The notes: a model not told the origin generated them from the letters alone. A DNA stretch of 64,000 bases from Antedon mediterranea (GCF_964355755.1 NC_092679.1:1084201-1148200), one strand, 5' to 3'. Positions 26,857 through 40,142 are shown, counted from the first letter of the stretch. Numbers and translations: made by a program.

Positions 26857-29770
26857 TCAGTAGCACCTTCCAGGCCATTGCTTTTCCTTGCTGGTGAGGG
26901 GGACATATACAACCCCCATTAGTTGTTTTTTTGTAATGCTACCATCTTGATGTTTGTCATATTGTTCTAAGTTTTGGCTTCCTCCTTGCGGCCCCACCGG
27001 TACAATCATTCGTCCTCCTGGTTTTAACTGCTCCAAAAGCTGATTAATAAAATAAACAACTGGATAAAGTAGAATACAAAATTACGATAAAATAAAAATA
27101 TGTAATAATTAAAACTTAAGGCTTGCTTGCATAATAAAATTCCTGAGAATTAGGTGACAAGGTAGACCTACTTACAGCTTCAGGTATTGTGGGAGCAGCT
27201 GCCCCTACATGAATTGCATCATAGGGGGCGTGCTCTGGATCTCCTAATCTACCGTCACCAACTAAAAAGAAAACAGAAGAAATAATTACATAATGCTTTG
27301 TGAATGATATCAATTGTTTGTAAACAGGTATGCTGTATGATTAATAAAAAATGATATAACAATAGTAATGTAATAACAATAGTATGTAGATGATGAGGCT
27401 GAAATGTTGATAAAGATATAGTTTGACAAAAAATAGTAACCGTGATGATGATGATGAAGATGATGATAATGATTATGATGATAATAAAGATGATGATTAT
27501 GATGATGATTATGGTGATAATGATGATAATGATGATGAAGATGATGATGATAATGATGATGATAATGATGATGAAAATGATCCACTGAAATATATATTTC
27601 AGATAACAAAAAAAAAGTAATTCTAAATAAAGAGGACAAAAGAAATATTGAGATTTCAATTTTAAGATGTTATTACAACCAGCTGTTACCATTCAAGTGT
27701 AACTTACTAACTAACTTGATCCTATCAGAGTCTAAGAGTTCAGGGTTTCCTTGTTGAATATGTTCTCTTGAACCGTCCACTAGTTCCTTAATGTGATCTA
27801 TTCCAACCACTAAGCCTTCCGCTCCTACCTGAATAATGGATGACAAAACAAAAATACACGTTACCATTATGCCGTAGTGTGTGTGTGGATGGGTATTCAC
27901 ACTTGAAGGATGATTACAAACAAACTGAATGCTACCAATGTACTGTAGAGTGTATGTGTATTTACAGATTACAGCACAATAATTCCTTATGCTGATAACA
28001 CTGAAGAACCACAGTAGCTTGCTCATTTCAGTCGCAGAAATGTATTTGGCTTAGCTGGCCCTGCCCATTATATGTTGTAACAGTGGCAGATCTAAGAAGG
28101 GGGATTTTGCAGATTGTAATGCAAAAGTGTAATGCATCAAATTAAGCTCAGTCCTTCATTAACTATTTTCAGGCCCCTCCCCTATTTCAAAATCTTGGAT
28201 CCATCACTGTGTATTGTATGTTATTGTTATGTGATATAATTCTGATAGATAAATAAACAAAATGTTGAGATGTATTCAACATACCATATATGACATACAC
28301 GCTGTCAGATAGCCACTACCTGACCCAACATCAAGCGCTTTATTGCCTTCCTTTAACTGGTCTTTTAATAACTCTAATGCATGTGCATGCTAAAAAAAAC
28401 AATGCATTCAAAAATAAGTTTAGTGTAGAATGAACAGAGAGAGAATTTACTGAAAAGCAAGATTTAACACCATTTGTCTTATAATCTTAAAACCTCAAGG
28501 CATTATTTTCATAAGTATTTGTTCATTTATTCATTATGTATATGATTATGCATTTGTATATCATTATGTTGACTTACCATATGAGGTGCACTAATTGTTA
28601 CCCCATAACCTGTAAAATAATTATTTAACAATTATTATTAAATTTCAGAACATGCCATTAACATCTGCAGTTATATAACAATACATTTACATGTGCTCTG
28701 TAGACATAGTGTCCTACATGAATTTTAACCTACCAATAGACTGTGGGGCATCGTTAAACGGGTTATGTTTCGAATAATGCATTCGGTTCACTTTCATCAT
28801 TGCATTGTATACTTTTTCATTTGTAATAATTCCATTTTCTGAAATAAAAAAATACTAATATAATAATAATAATATATAGCTTCCTTTCTTCTATCTAGCC
28901 TAGTTAGGCCTCTAGGCCCTAGGCCTAGGCTATATTTATAAATTAAATAATTTGCTCAATATTCAACATTTTAAATTATTTAATTAAAGTGATCAAATAA
29001 TGAACGAAGTGAGTCAATTTTAAAATATTTCATTCGGTGAATCTATTACTTGTGTTATGCGCGATTTGAACGATTTGCGCAATTTGAAATTGCGCAAAAA
29101 AAATCCTTGCGCAATTTGAATTGAAACATGTGTTTCAAATTGCGCAAGCAACGTATTAAATTGCGCAAGTAATCTGCAAATTGCGCAAGGTTTTTCGACA
29201 GATTGTGAAATCATGCACACCCATATTTTTATAGTAATTTCTAAGAATGATTCAAAATTAAAGATAAATATCGCATTTCCTTATTTTAGTAGTGCAAATA
29301 TTGTTATAAGTTAGCATACCGTCGAAGAACCGACGAAGGAAAACGAAGCGGTGGTGTTCCACCAGGCAAGAATTCTTTGCGCAATTTCAAATTGCGCAAG
29401 GATTTTTTTGCGCAATTTCAAATTGCGCAAATCGTTCAAATCGCGCATAACACTTGTAGTTGCCTAGGCCATCAGTGATAAAATCTAACTTTCATTGGCA
29501 AGACATCCACTAGCGCAGGGAGTCGTTTGTAAGGGTCAACAATTCCGCTCGAGTTGGTCATCATTGCAAAATGGTACGGCCTACAAACTGGACTCCAACA
29601 TTTGATGTTTTAAGTTACAAAATCATTGATAGCATACATGCAATCCAAGCTAAACTATAAAATTAACAACCTGTCTACCAAATAATCTATTAATTATAAT
29701 CTATCAACGATTTACCTCTTAATTTTCCAATCAAATCTTCATGTGTTGAACCGGTCGACCGCCACGCCAT
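26857..29770 (-). CDS. PCMT1: Protein-L-isoaspartate(D-aspartate) O-methyltransferase
   Basis: Exons 29716-29770 ([10 protein letters not shown]), 28734-28838, 28578-28609 (GVTISAPHM), 28285-28389 ([14 protein letters not shown] motif I), 27708-27828, 27176-27261 ([13 protein letters not shown]), 26857-27039 ([29 protein letters not shown]). In-frame upstream ATG at 29905; alternative last exon 26497-26518. Confidence 0.96.
27443..27573. repeat. (GAT/AAT)n trinucleotide microsatellite in a PCMT1 intron
   Basis: Imperfect GATGATGAT run of about 130 bp. Confidence 0.95.
28081..28209. mobile_element. Decayed small MITE
   Basis: Ends CAGTGGCAGATC ... GATCCATCACTG; TSD unclear. Confidence 0.5.
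29053..29452. mobile_element. Ginger-like MITE, 400 bp
   Basis: TGT...ACA termini, ~65-bp near-perfect TIR (TGTTATGCGCGATTTGAACGATTTGCGCAATTTGAAATTGCGC), 4-bp TSD CTTG. Confidence 0.85.
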
Positions 29771-30634
29771 GGTGGAAAATCTTTTCGCAAAGTGCGCCCC
29801 CATAAAAACAAAAAACAACACAACTGCTATTTTTTGTGTTGTTCTTAAATTTAGGCAATTTAAACCAGATACTCCACTGTTTTGCGAATTTCGTGCGCAC
29901 CCCATCAGCTAATAAATAGCTTCAAGTACAGTCTAATCCCTAATTAAATAATCAAGAAATAAAGTTGTAGTGTCCTTCACTTGACACGCGGAAGAGAAAA
30001 TCCCAATTCATCAGATTTGTTTTTTGATTGGAAATAAATTGAGGGCGCAATAGTGAATACAACCAGAGCAAAAAAAAAAATTTCAATTGGCTCATCAAGA
30101 TCACGCTCTATTTACTACATTACAATTATCATATTCTGGTTTTTTTTCCACAATGTACAGTACAGAAATACAAAATATATACAGTAACAATTAATTTATG
30201 TGACTTTTATTTACAGTCAGACGCAAAAAAGGGCAAAGATATAAACATTAAAATTAGTTATACTGAAGTTGTGTTCTGTCAGAAAAACGCTTAAACTGTT
30301 TTAATTCATTTACATATTCCCGTGAACCATTTCTGTAGCATATAATTTGAATCAAACTCATTACCTACCAATATAAATACTGTATACAGTTGAAGGACAA
30401 TACATTTATTTACTTTATATAATTCATTTACAATTCACACAAAAAACTTTTCAAAAATACTTTCTAAAAATGGTAGACCAGTTAGATGTTAATTGAAAAG
30501 CACTGCTTTATTAATTATATACCTGTGTATTTATATTGGAGAATTTTAAAATTTGTATAAAATTTGGATAAAAATAAATATTGAAGTGAGGTGGTCACGA
30601 AATGGAAGATGAATTATTAACATGCTATAAAACT

Positions 30635-33600
30635 TTAAGAGACTGATTCTTGTGGTAAGTCTGTTGCGGATACCCCGATATCGGGGATAATCGGACGCTC
30701 CATCGCTCCTTCCAGATTGGCTTGAGTGAGAAATGTTTTATCACTGTCGGATGGTCCCTCAATGGCTAGTCTGCAAGAAAGATTATAATAGAAGATAGTT
30801 AAACTTTGTGATGTGCCCAAATATGGTTAACAGCAACTAAAACATTGTTCAACATGATGAGTGCGATTATTACCTTTCAAACGAAGCAGTGTCAATCGAC
30901 AAACTTGGTTTGATTGGTCCAACATCTGATGGCGGCTTGGGACGTACTTTAGTTCCGTTCATCTTGGCAAACAGAAGTCTAAGTATGCGCTCTCGTTGTT
31001 CCCAAGTTAATTCTCCAATATCTAATTGAGCCCCAAGTCCATTCCTAAATAAAATACTTTTTTTAATAAATCTATCTTTTTTACAATATTAATATCAAAT
31101 CAATTTAATAAATATTAAAATTAGATTTTAAAATTCATTAGTTGAGCATACCAATCTTCAGCTGCCTTGAGGTCGTTGAAAACGCTATTCGTACTCGTAT
31201 CTGCGTGCCTAAATGTTCTTATTTTTGGGTAATCTACTTTCCCAGCATGGGCATCCAGCATTCGTCGATGATACGCCATAGCGGCATCTCGGCGGTACTT
31301 AGCCCGGTTTGCAACGATCTCTTTCTTTACATGGTCCAGAGAATCAAGGAAAAACTGTTCCATTTCTGTTCTCTATAAAACAAAATGTATAAAATTGAAT
31401 ATTGCTAAACAATTAAATATAAATTATAAAGATGGTTAATATACAAAACAATCTGTCTCATAAAACAAACTGCATAAAATCCCAGTATAATATAAGTAAT
31501 TTATTATAAAAATTAAAGTTTAAAGTAAATAATTTATTATATTCAAAATAAATGGAATGCCTTGTTGCATTGACTTTATATTTTGTCTGTTATTCTGAAC
31601 AACCTCAATTCTTTTTTTTCTTGTGTACAATGATTTCTTAAATTAAGCTTCTTTTTTGGTATGGAAATATTATGTAATCATGGTATTCCGAAATAAAAAA
31701 TTAATGAATGAATATTATGCTGTAAAATAGAGCATAATAATATTACTAGAACACTGTACCTGATCCAACACAGCTTTGGCAAGTCGTTTCACTTTATTCA
31801 TCTCCTTTGACCTTAGTTCAACTGTTCGCAGTAACTTAGCAATCTCAACTTTACTTGACTGGGTCTCAATGGAAGCCTTGCCAACAACCAGGTCACGTTC
31901 ACGCTCAAATTCTTTCACCACGTGACTTAGTGCCGTTTCTAAACTCGTTACTTTCTCTTGTAACTTGAATGAAAACAGAAAAAGTCTAGTAATAGTATTG
32001 AAACTAGAGAAAATATATTTAAAAATGCATATTTTATGCATACAATCTAAGATTAATAGTATTGAAAGTAGGAAAAATATATTTTTAAATGCATTTTTTT
32101 GCATAAAATTAAAGAGTGAGTATTTAAAAATGTAAACATTTAAGTAAATAATTTTAAATCAAATGAGCCTTAGTATTGGTACAAAACCTAGATTTGAACC
32201 CAGATTGGTCAGCAAACATGTTGACCACCAAGCTAAAATGCCATTTCTTATAATGTTGCCTCATGGCATGAAAATATTGACTTACCATTCGTATTTGGTT
32301 CTTGCGTTTTTTAGCTTCTACCACTTTTTCCTGAACAAGCAGATCGTTCAGCTCCCTTCCTTCCTCTAGCTGCTTGTTCTTTTTCTCCAGCTCTTTTTTA
32401 GTTTTTTCTAACTCATCTGTCTCTTTCATGTGGTAACATAATGCTTCGTTCACTCGCACGTTCTCTTTGTAAACAGATCGTGTCGTCTCATCTAATTTAC
32501 TACAGAAAATTATAAAATCATAGAATATTTTGTATTGTATTGTTGATGTACAAAATGTCTCAAGCTCTCAATGCGCTGAACATTATTACCCCAGTCATTT
32601 TCTTTGGATCAAACACGTATGGAAACATGCTTCCATAATGCAGCTAGTAATCAGCGCAAAGTTGGGTCTTGATCTAACCGGGTACCCATTTATACACCTG
32701 GGTGGAGAGAGGCAAACGTAAGTAAAGTATCTTGCCTACGGATACAAGCAATGCGGCAGAGTTGGATTCGAACCTCGGTCTCACGATCAGTAGTCCAACA
32801 CAGTGCGCCACACACCCTCACAAGGCTATTAACTAATCAAATGGATTTTAAAGATGTGTCCACAACAGATGCATTGTTACACTTGTAATACCTTATTGCT
32901 TCTGTGTGAGCTCTCTCAGCAAGCTCAGCAATTTTCTGACTTGCTTCTTGTTGCAATCGAATCTTCTCTTCAAAGAATTTGTGCTCCATTCGTTGAAGCT
33001 GATGTTTGTGTTCTTTATTTGTTATATACATTTCTTCTTTTATCTGAATAAAGATATGATACATTTTACAGCATAGTACTACATACACCACAAACCTCTA
33101 CTCTTTTCACTTGCACAACCATGGGAAAACAGACTAATAAACAAAATAAAAATCACTATAAATAATTTACATTATATCATGTTTTTTTTTTCAAAAAGTT
33201 CAATGAAAATTTATACTTCTTGAATAGACTGTTTGTTATACCTCGTCAAGTTCTTTTTGCATCGTCCCTCGTTTTCTTCTAAATTCCTTCACAAGTTTTA
33301 ATTCACTTTGCATCATTTTCACTTCATTTGCTTTGTCTTCTAATGAATCTTCAAGTTGCTGGATCTTTTCGGTGAAATCTGAAATCTATGGAAAAAAATC
33401 AAAATAATAATATTAATAACGTTCAAAATGCAAGGGGCCTCTAAGCTCTGAACAATCAACAGAAAATGTAAAAAGAACAAAAATAATTAATGTTGAAAAT
33501 GCAAATTAAAAAGGTGGGATTTGAGGAGTTGTTTAATATGCAATTTATATGTAAATTATTATATGCAAAAATTACCTGATCAGCATTGATATAAAAATGG

Positions 33601-34455
33601 CAATAAATTAAATTAAATAAAAAGGAAGAACAATTGTGTTTAAATTTAAATTATAGGAAAAAATACGTACAATCATTTCTTTTTCTTTCCTGGTTTCTCT
33701 TTTCGTGTCTTTCAACTGCTTTTGTAATTTTGCAATCTGATAAAAAAGAGAAGAAAACATACAAGTTGACATACAGTACAGTAGGCAGGGTACAGTAGGC
33801 AGGGTTCCTGGATTCTCGTGCCATGGTGGTCAGCGATGGTCTAAGGCCTATTACTACAAACATTCTTCAGCAATTAGCTAATTATTTCTTATCTTGAATT
33901 TTGCACTGGATTACTTTTATTATTATTTATTTACCAAATCTTCCTTGGCTTGATCTTCTCTTTTTAAGAATGTGATCACATCCACCGTGTCTTTTTCTGT
34001 CTTCTGCATCGACACTTGCAAGGCTTCATTCTCAAGAGCAAGGTGTTTGGAACTCTCTCGGAATTCTTGTCTCGATATTTCTGTCGCTGCCAATCGAGAT
34101 TCCCATATTTTAGCATTTGCTACAGCAAGTGCCGAATCAGAAAATTTTTTTTCTTTCTTTTTTCTTAAAAATAGTAATTTCAAAAAATTATATTAAATCA
34201 TGATGGTAGCATGCATGGCTTATTTAGTCCTGGTTTTATTGGTTAGGGAATAGGCATAGCCTACTTGCCATCAAGTATCAAGTAGGCATACCTATCTAAT
34301 AAGACCAAAGCTGATTTATTGACAGACTGTGCCCGGTCGTGTTGGTTTTTCCTGTCCTAAAAATTGAGGGCTGCATTATTCTAGCTGGAGACTTACCCCT
34401 TTTTGCCTTTTCCTTTGCCCTTTCCTGCCTTACCCTTTTTCGATTTTTTCGGCAT
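30635..34455 (-). CDS. BBOF1: Basal body-orientation factor 1 (CCDC176)
   Basis: Exons 34397-34455 (MPKKSKKGKAGKGKG), 33935-34163, 33671-33736, 33242-33385, 32892-33043, 32286-32499, 31760-31963, 31152-31372 (EMEQFFLDSL), 30874-31044 (LTWEQRERILRLLFAKMNG), 30635-30770; coiled-coil protein, phases consistent. Confidence 0.92.
32178..32243 (-). mobile_element. tRNA-like SINE head remnant
   Basis: TAGCTTGGTGG A-box, GGGTTCAAATCT B-box; cloverleaf not intact. Confidence 0.4.
32527..32820 (-). mobile_element. tRNA-derived SINE, near full length
   Basis: TGGCGCACTG A-box, GGTTCGAATCC B-box, conserved core GGCAAGATACTT..CCTCTCTCCACCCAGGTGTATAAATGGGTACC, L2-like GCGCATTGAG 3' part and (CAATA)n tail. 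Confidence 0.8.
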
Positions 34456-35220
34456 TTTTATTTAGTTTACATATACTCAAATAAAAACAGAAGAACTGAT
34501 CAACGTTATCTAAGCTGAAACGGCAACTAAATACATAAATAAACCAAAGTAAAACAGGTTGCTGGTGAAACTTCTGGCTGCTCAGCAGCTTCCTAAACAA
34601 TGAGCTCGCCCTCTATGTGCATAATGAAACCATGACAACAACAACAACCGGAAGCGATGCGATTGAAAATTATTATAGTTTTTATCAATGTTTGTGTTTT
34701 CATCAAACTATACCTGCTTAACTAAGGCCTAGCTAGGCCGGATCAGACATAACCATAACCCTCTCAATATTCAATATCTTGACAATTAAAATAAATTGAC
34801 ACTTGTTTTCAGGGTGCCAATGATTGTTGTTGAGGATTGAGAGGAAGACGAGCGAGAGGAGTTTCGTACCAAATCCAGGCACTGAGTAGTTGATAGGAGA
34901 AGGCATGTTTGTGGCTAGGCTAACCTACTTTGTAGTCTATAACCTAAGCCTAGGCTTGCAATTTGAATTAATAAATATTTTGTCTATAATAAAATGTTAT
35001 GGTTTATTATTCTCAGTCGCATCATAAGTTGGTTGATAGCACTTCGGTTTTGGTCGCAAAGTCAATAAATTATTTTTATGAACTTAAATTGTAAAGTAAC
35101 CTCAATTATTTTTTATTTTATTTTCAAATTAAAGATTAAAAGCTAGTAAGACGCAATGACAAACAAAGTTAAATAAATGCCATCATCGCAGTTTACAAAA
35201 GCTCAACAACAGTCCGCGAG
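34456..35220. promoter_or_regulatory. Divergent promoter region BBOF1/SPATA7
   Basis: ATGs 765 bp apart; X-box-like GTTGCTGGTGAAAC (34558-34571) and GAAACCATGACAAC (34626-34639); ETS-like ACCGGAAG near 34647. Confidence 0.6.
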
Positions 35221-38050
35221 ATGGCGGCGTCTAGAGAAAAACGCAACCAAGAAGGTCAGTTATCGATTAGGAAAGCATTTAATATAATAAAACTTTGTTG
35301 CGTAAACTATATATTTATATTTTTGGTGTTTTTTACAGAATTTACCAAATTACCCAAAAGGGACATGGTAACGCCAACGAAGGGAGCTTACAAAGGACAT
35401 GTTTCCGTCAAAAGTAGCGGTAATTTTAAAATTTATATTTTAATCATCGGCTTACAAGCTACAAACTATCATAGAATTAATTTTTTAAAATTCACTTGCG
35501 TATACATTGCAACATACCAAAACAATTGTAAAAAGTATTTCAATTTTCAATGTTTTTTTTTTTCAGTTTATGCAGCGACTGGATGTACAAGGCTAGCAAA
35601 TCAGAATATGGTCCGTGATCATTTAGATGCACACTACAAAAAAGTTAACTCTGCTAAATGTAAAATAATTTTGTTTCAATATTTTAATTTTAAAACAATT
35701 TTATTTGATTGATTCTTTTTTCTCTCCATCTCTTATTTCAAAAATGTAATTGTAGTGTGACAGATAATGTTACCAATATACTACTTTACCTCTTTGCCAT
35801 TGTTATAACTATGATTTCGACAAGAAAAATATTATTTGAAAATCTGGAATACCATTTTGCTTTCTCTTTTAGCTTGCATTGACAACGGAAAGCCTAAAGC
35901 TTGGACTCACAGTACAAAGAGTAAGAAACACATTCTCTACTGTATTTAAGAATTAGTACTGTATGCCAAGTTATATCTAAATGATCAGTTCCATTAGGAA
36001 CTGGATAGGCTACCCTCAGTAAATATGGTAATAAATAAATAAATAAATAAATATCCAAAACATTTTAGTAACGTTGTTGTTTTTATGACTGATTTATTTT
36101 TAGAACGAGATCAACTGAAGAGAAACAAGATGAAAAAAACTAGTAATTCCCGTCCTTCTTCGAGGGCTAGTAGCACAGGCAGAAACTCTCGTCTGGATCA
36201 AGATGATGTAAGTATGATACAAATTGTGGCTCTCGTTTTTATGTGGTCGAAGCATGGGAATAAAGCATTTTGATTGGTTACTTTTATTGCAAAAGAACAT
36301 TATTACTTAAGACAATTTTTGTTTTCAGGATTTTTATTTTAAAGAATTAGATTTTGATGAGTCGGGGACAGGCCAAGGTTTGTTAGCATCTTCTGAAAAT
36401 GGCCGCCAATCAACAAATGAGAGAGTACCACGAACAATGACACCATCCCAACGTGCAGGGTTGACCCCAAGGTCATCCGCACCGAAAGTTTATTCTGGAG
36501 ATGTTCTTGATAAGATGTCAACAAGCTTTGTTGCTCCTGCAAGACCTTACACGCCTCGAACAAAGAAGTCGTCTGCACAGTCCTGGCTCTCAAAATCAAA
36601 TGTTTATAACTCCCCAAAAAAAAATACACCTCCCTCCCGCAAACAGTCAAGGTATGCAGTGCTTTATATATTGTGTCTTATAGCTGTGGTATTCCCTACC
36701 AAGCTCTGTCTGAAGTGTGATGCGCCTGGTGGTAGTGATATGACATCATCATGTCCATATTTGGGCACATCACATTTTTTTCTCGCATACAGTTTGATAG
36801 TATAGACAGAGCTTTAGACACTAAGGAAAACAAAGTCATTATGCATTTATTGAAATATAGAAATTGTTATTATATTTTAGACAAAAAGTTGAATATATTA
36901 ATGAAGAGGAAAGCTATGGCAAAACTGTGAAATACCATAATGGATTAAATGATACATTTGACAAAGAGCCAGAAGAAACAGTAGGATACGCTGGAACATC
37001 TGATTGGATGTCGGAGGAGGACGGCGGCGGCTTAAATGACAGTACATATGACAACAGACACAAACCTTTATACAAGTAAGCATTGCTGTCGAAATGCTTC
37101 AACAGCAAAAACTAGAAGGGCACTCAGAGAGCGCAAACCTCCGCCTAGGCATTTGAAAATTGAATCATATGTTCCCATACAGCTATGAAACCATCCTTTA
37201 AAATCTTGTGAAAATCGGGCAATAACTTTTTGAGTAATCCTGCTAACAAAATTATTGAAACAAACAAACACACACGATCGACCACATAAGCTCTTGCCAT
37301 TCTGGCAGAGGTAACAATTGATTTATGTAGACTTTTGTTATAATATGTGATTAATCTTATTTTTTCAACTTTTCAGTTCGGCAATCAAAGATCAAAAGTT
37401 GAATTCTGAAAAAGCAATCCAATCTTCATTAAAGATTCAACAAGAGTAAGTACTGAATCCTTGGGTCGATTTAGTATGCAAGTTTAAACTGGGTATTTTC
37501 ACCACTAACCAATAGGCACATCTAAATCTGATGGGAGAAAACACATGACATGTGGAGCCTTAAAAAATATTATGCCCAAGTCGTAGGGCATAGTTAAAAT
37601 TATACCATGGCCAATCAGATGAATTGAGCGACGTCTGTTTTATTAGGGGCCGGTGTTAGTAGCAGACAAGATGAAATTTGTTTTTATCATTTAATGTAGG
37701 GAGGAAGAATTGCTATATTTAGAATTTGTGACAGATGTTACTACAGATGTTTTGAATCGTGGTGTGTACACAAACAGAATGCTGAAACAAATATTTGAAT
37801 CTCATATCACAAATAATAAAGACAGATTAGATGAGGTAAGATTCTGTATTATCAAACAGATACGACCCAATGAATGTAAAAGTAAAATGTATACTACGGC
37901 ATCTATACAAATGTTTTATCTTGAAAGAATAATAGTCGCTTATCAATTTTTTAGAGTCGTATGCAGAATTTAGTGCAACAACTTCAACAGGATTTAGCGA
38001 TTGAAGATGAGGAAATATTAGCAGACGATAAAGTTGAAGAGGGTATATAA
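35221..38050 (+). CDS. SPATA7: Spermatogenesis-associated protein 7 homolog
   Basis: Exons 35221-35254, 35339-35419 (KGHVSVKSS), 35567-35659 (MVRDHLDAHYKKVNSAK), 35873-35920, 36104-36207, 36329-36651 (YSGDVLDK..PYTPRT), 36881-37075, 37377-37445, 37700-37835 (EEELLYLEFVTDVTTDVLNRGVYTNR), 37955-38050. Confidence 0.88.
36702..36813. mobile_element. Harbinger MITE family A, internally deleted
   Basis: AGCTCTGTCT ... GTTTGATAGTATAGACAGAGCT-TTA. Confidence 0.8.
37111..37317 (-). mobile_element. Short HINE/Helentron-type element related to 15941-16473
   Basis: ACTAGAAGGGCACTCAGAGAGCGCAAACCTCCGCC ... (CAAA/CA)n ... TGGCAGAGGTAA. Confidence 0.65.
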
Positions 38051-38771
38051 AGTTGGTTTGATACATCTATCTATATTTGCGGATAGACGCGGTTTTTTTT
38101 ACCGTGAATCAGTGACAGTTCATCAAATGAAAATTGTCGTTATATTTGTGCTATTAAATAATATATGATATTTTTTTGTAAATTCTTGTAGTGTAAAGCT
38201 GTGTATTTAATTGCAATATTTAAAGTAAGTTGAAGTTTATGAACATTCCTATAATTACAGCACATTCCAATAAAACACTGGCTTTATTTGTCCGTTGATT
38301 GGATATCAAGGTACTACAGTATATTATCCCTTGTTTATCCGTACAATGAAATGTTCATTTTCATAACTACTGTATGTATCGAAAATTGCCTTTGCCAATA
38401 CATCCATGATATAACTAACAATTATTACGATATGGAATTATATGCAGAATAATGATTATTTTAGTATTTATGCAAGATTGTACGAAATGAAATAAGAGAA
38501 ATAATAACATGATAGTATATTAATACATTTTGTCCGTCCAACCTGGTAATTATTTTATATGAAACATTTGCATTGTTTTATAATATTAAATAAGTGTCAT
38601 ATAACTAAATTGTCTGTATGTTTTGTTGTGTTTTATTGTTTCTTTTAAATGATTGGTGGTTGGCATCGTTGAGTCATAAAAATAGCAAATAATTGGTGTC
38701 TGAACATGCTATGCTTTAATATCAGATTTGTGTGATACAATAAAATAATGATCTACAACAAAAGACATGGC

Positions 38772-38936
38772 TGTCTAGAAATCTAAGATCTTTAGTTTGC
38801 TAGACACCTAATCAATGATTCTAATTAAGACGCAAGGTATCTTAGTTTTCTAGACAACTATCAATGGGTCTAGAAAACTAAGACGCAGAGATCTAGAAAT
38901 ATATTAAGATATCTAGAAAATTTTCCCGACACCCAC
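38772..38936. repeat. Cluster of nested inverted repeats (TCTAGA-rich), probable MITE end
   Basis: Perfect 16-bp stem TCTTAGTTTTCTAGAC / GTCTAGAAAACTAAGA plus a second imperfect hairpin. Confidence 0.6.
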
Positions 38937-39579
38937 AAGAAGTATCTCAGAATAATAATATACTAATAATAATACAATATATTTAAGCATCACATTATAG
39001 GTTTCTACACAATTTGTATAATGCACAACATTGAGCTCATGTTTACACAAACAAGAATTCAGTTTCAGTAACATTTAACCTTTACGTTCAGAGAGATCAA
39101 CACAGAATCCCACAATATTCATAGACTGTGTTTCATGTCTGGAAAACAGTTTAATATGGTAATTGCAGAGAGATTTGCCCAGTCTTATTTTGTGGTGCAG
39201 TTCATGTGCAGCTTTCATTGCTGCTATTGGCAAATTTAACTTTGAGATGTCGTCGCACAAAGGTTGTTTACAAAGTGGAAGAGTAGTTTTACCTGCAGAA
39301 TCAAGACTCTATGCAACTATAATTAATTACTACTGTATTATGACACAATAACATGAAATTAGTACCTCCAACATATATAGAAATATAATAACACATTTGT
39401 AAAAAAAGAAAAAACATCTATTGTAGATACGAAACATAACACATTCTGGATATTTATTTCTACTAATTTCAAATAATGGAATTAAATTCATGGTTGTGTA
39501 TAAAAAATAGTATAATATATTCAAAAGATATTACCTTTACTTTTGAAAAGAGATCACTCACCATATTTCAATAAAATAA

Positions 39580-39802
39580 ATCTAAATGGATTTATTCCAG
39601 TTATGAGATCTTATCTAAACTGGTTTATTCCAGTTATGAGATCTTATCTAAACTGGTTTATTACAGTTATGAGATCTTATCTAAACTGGTTTATTCCAGT
39701 TACGAAATCTTATCTAAACTGGTTTATTCCAGTTATGAGATCTTATCTAAACTGGTTTATTCCAGTTACTGTACAAGATCTCATCCAAACTGGTTTCCAG
39801 TT
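39580..39802. repeat. 33-bp minisatellite (~6.5 units)
   Basis: Unit TCTAAACTGGTTTATTCCAGTTATGAGATCTTA. Confidence 0.92.
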
Positions 39803-40142
39803 AAAAGATATCATCTATTCAATTCTCATCTAAACATTTCATCAGTTTAATTCGAGTTTGAACAGCTTCTCAAACTGGTTTAAACTTGTTTAATTCAGTT
39901 TTATCTGGTTTAAACTTGTTTAATTCAGTTTTATCTGTGTTAATTATATGCTATATTGTTTGTTTACACATTACTTTCACATGTTAAGTACAGATCTACT
40001 AAACATATTAGCTTTCACATTATTCATACTGTACTTCAACGTATAACATAATGCAGTACAGTATTTTCTTTAGCATTTTCATTAATTTATATCTGAAAAC
40101 AAACCATAACATTAGAACCCCTTAAAATGCATTTTAGCTTTC

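Noticed and set aside
27255-27692. Poly-Ile, poly-His and poly-Asp ORFs
   Set aside because: (GAT)n microsatellite in a PCMT1 intron
39543-39833. ORF with (SYLNWFIPVMR)n
   Set aside because: 33-bp minisatellite translation
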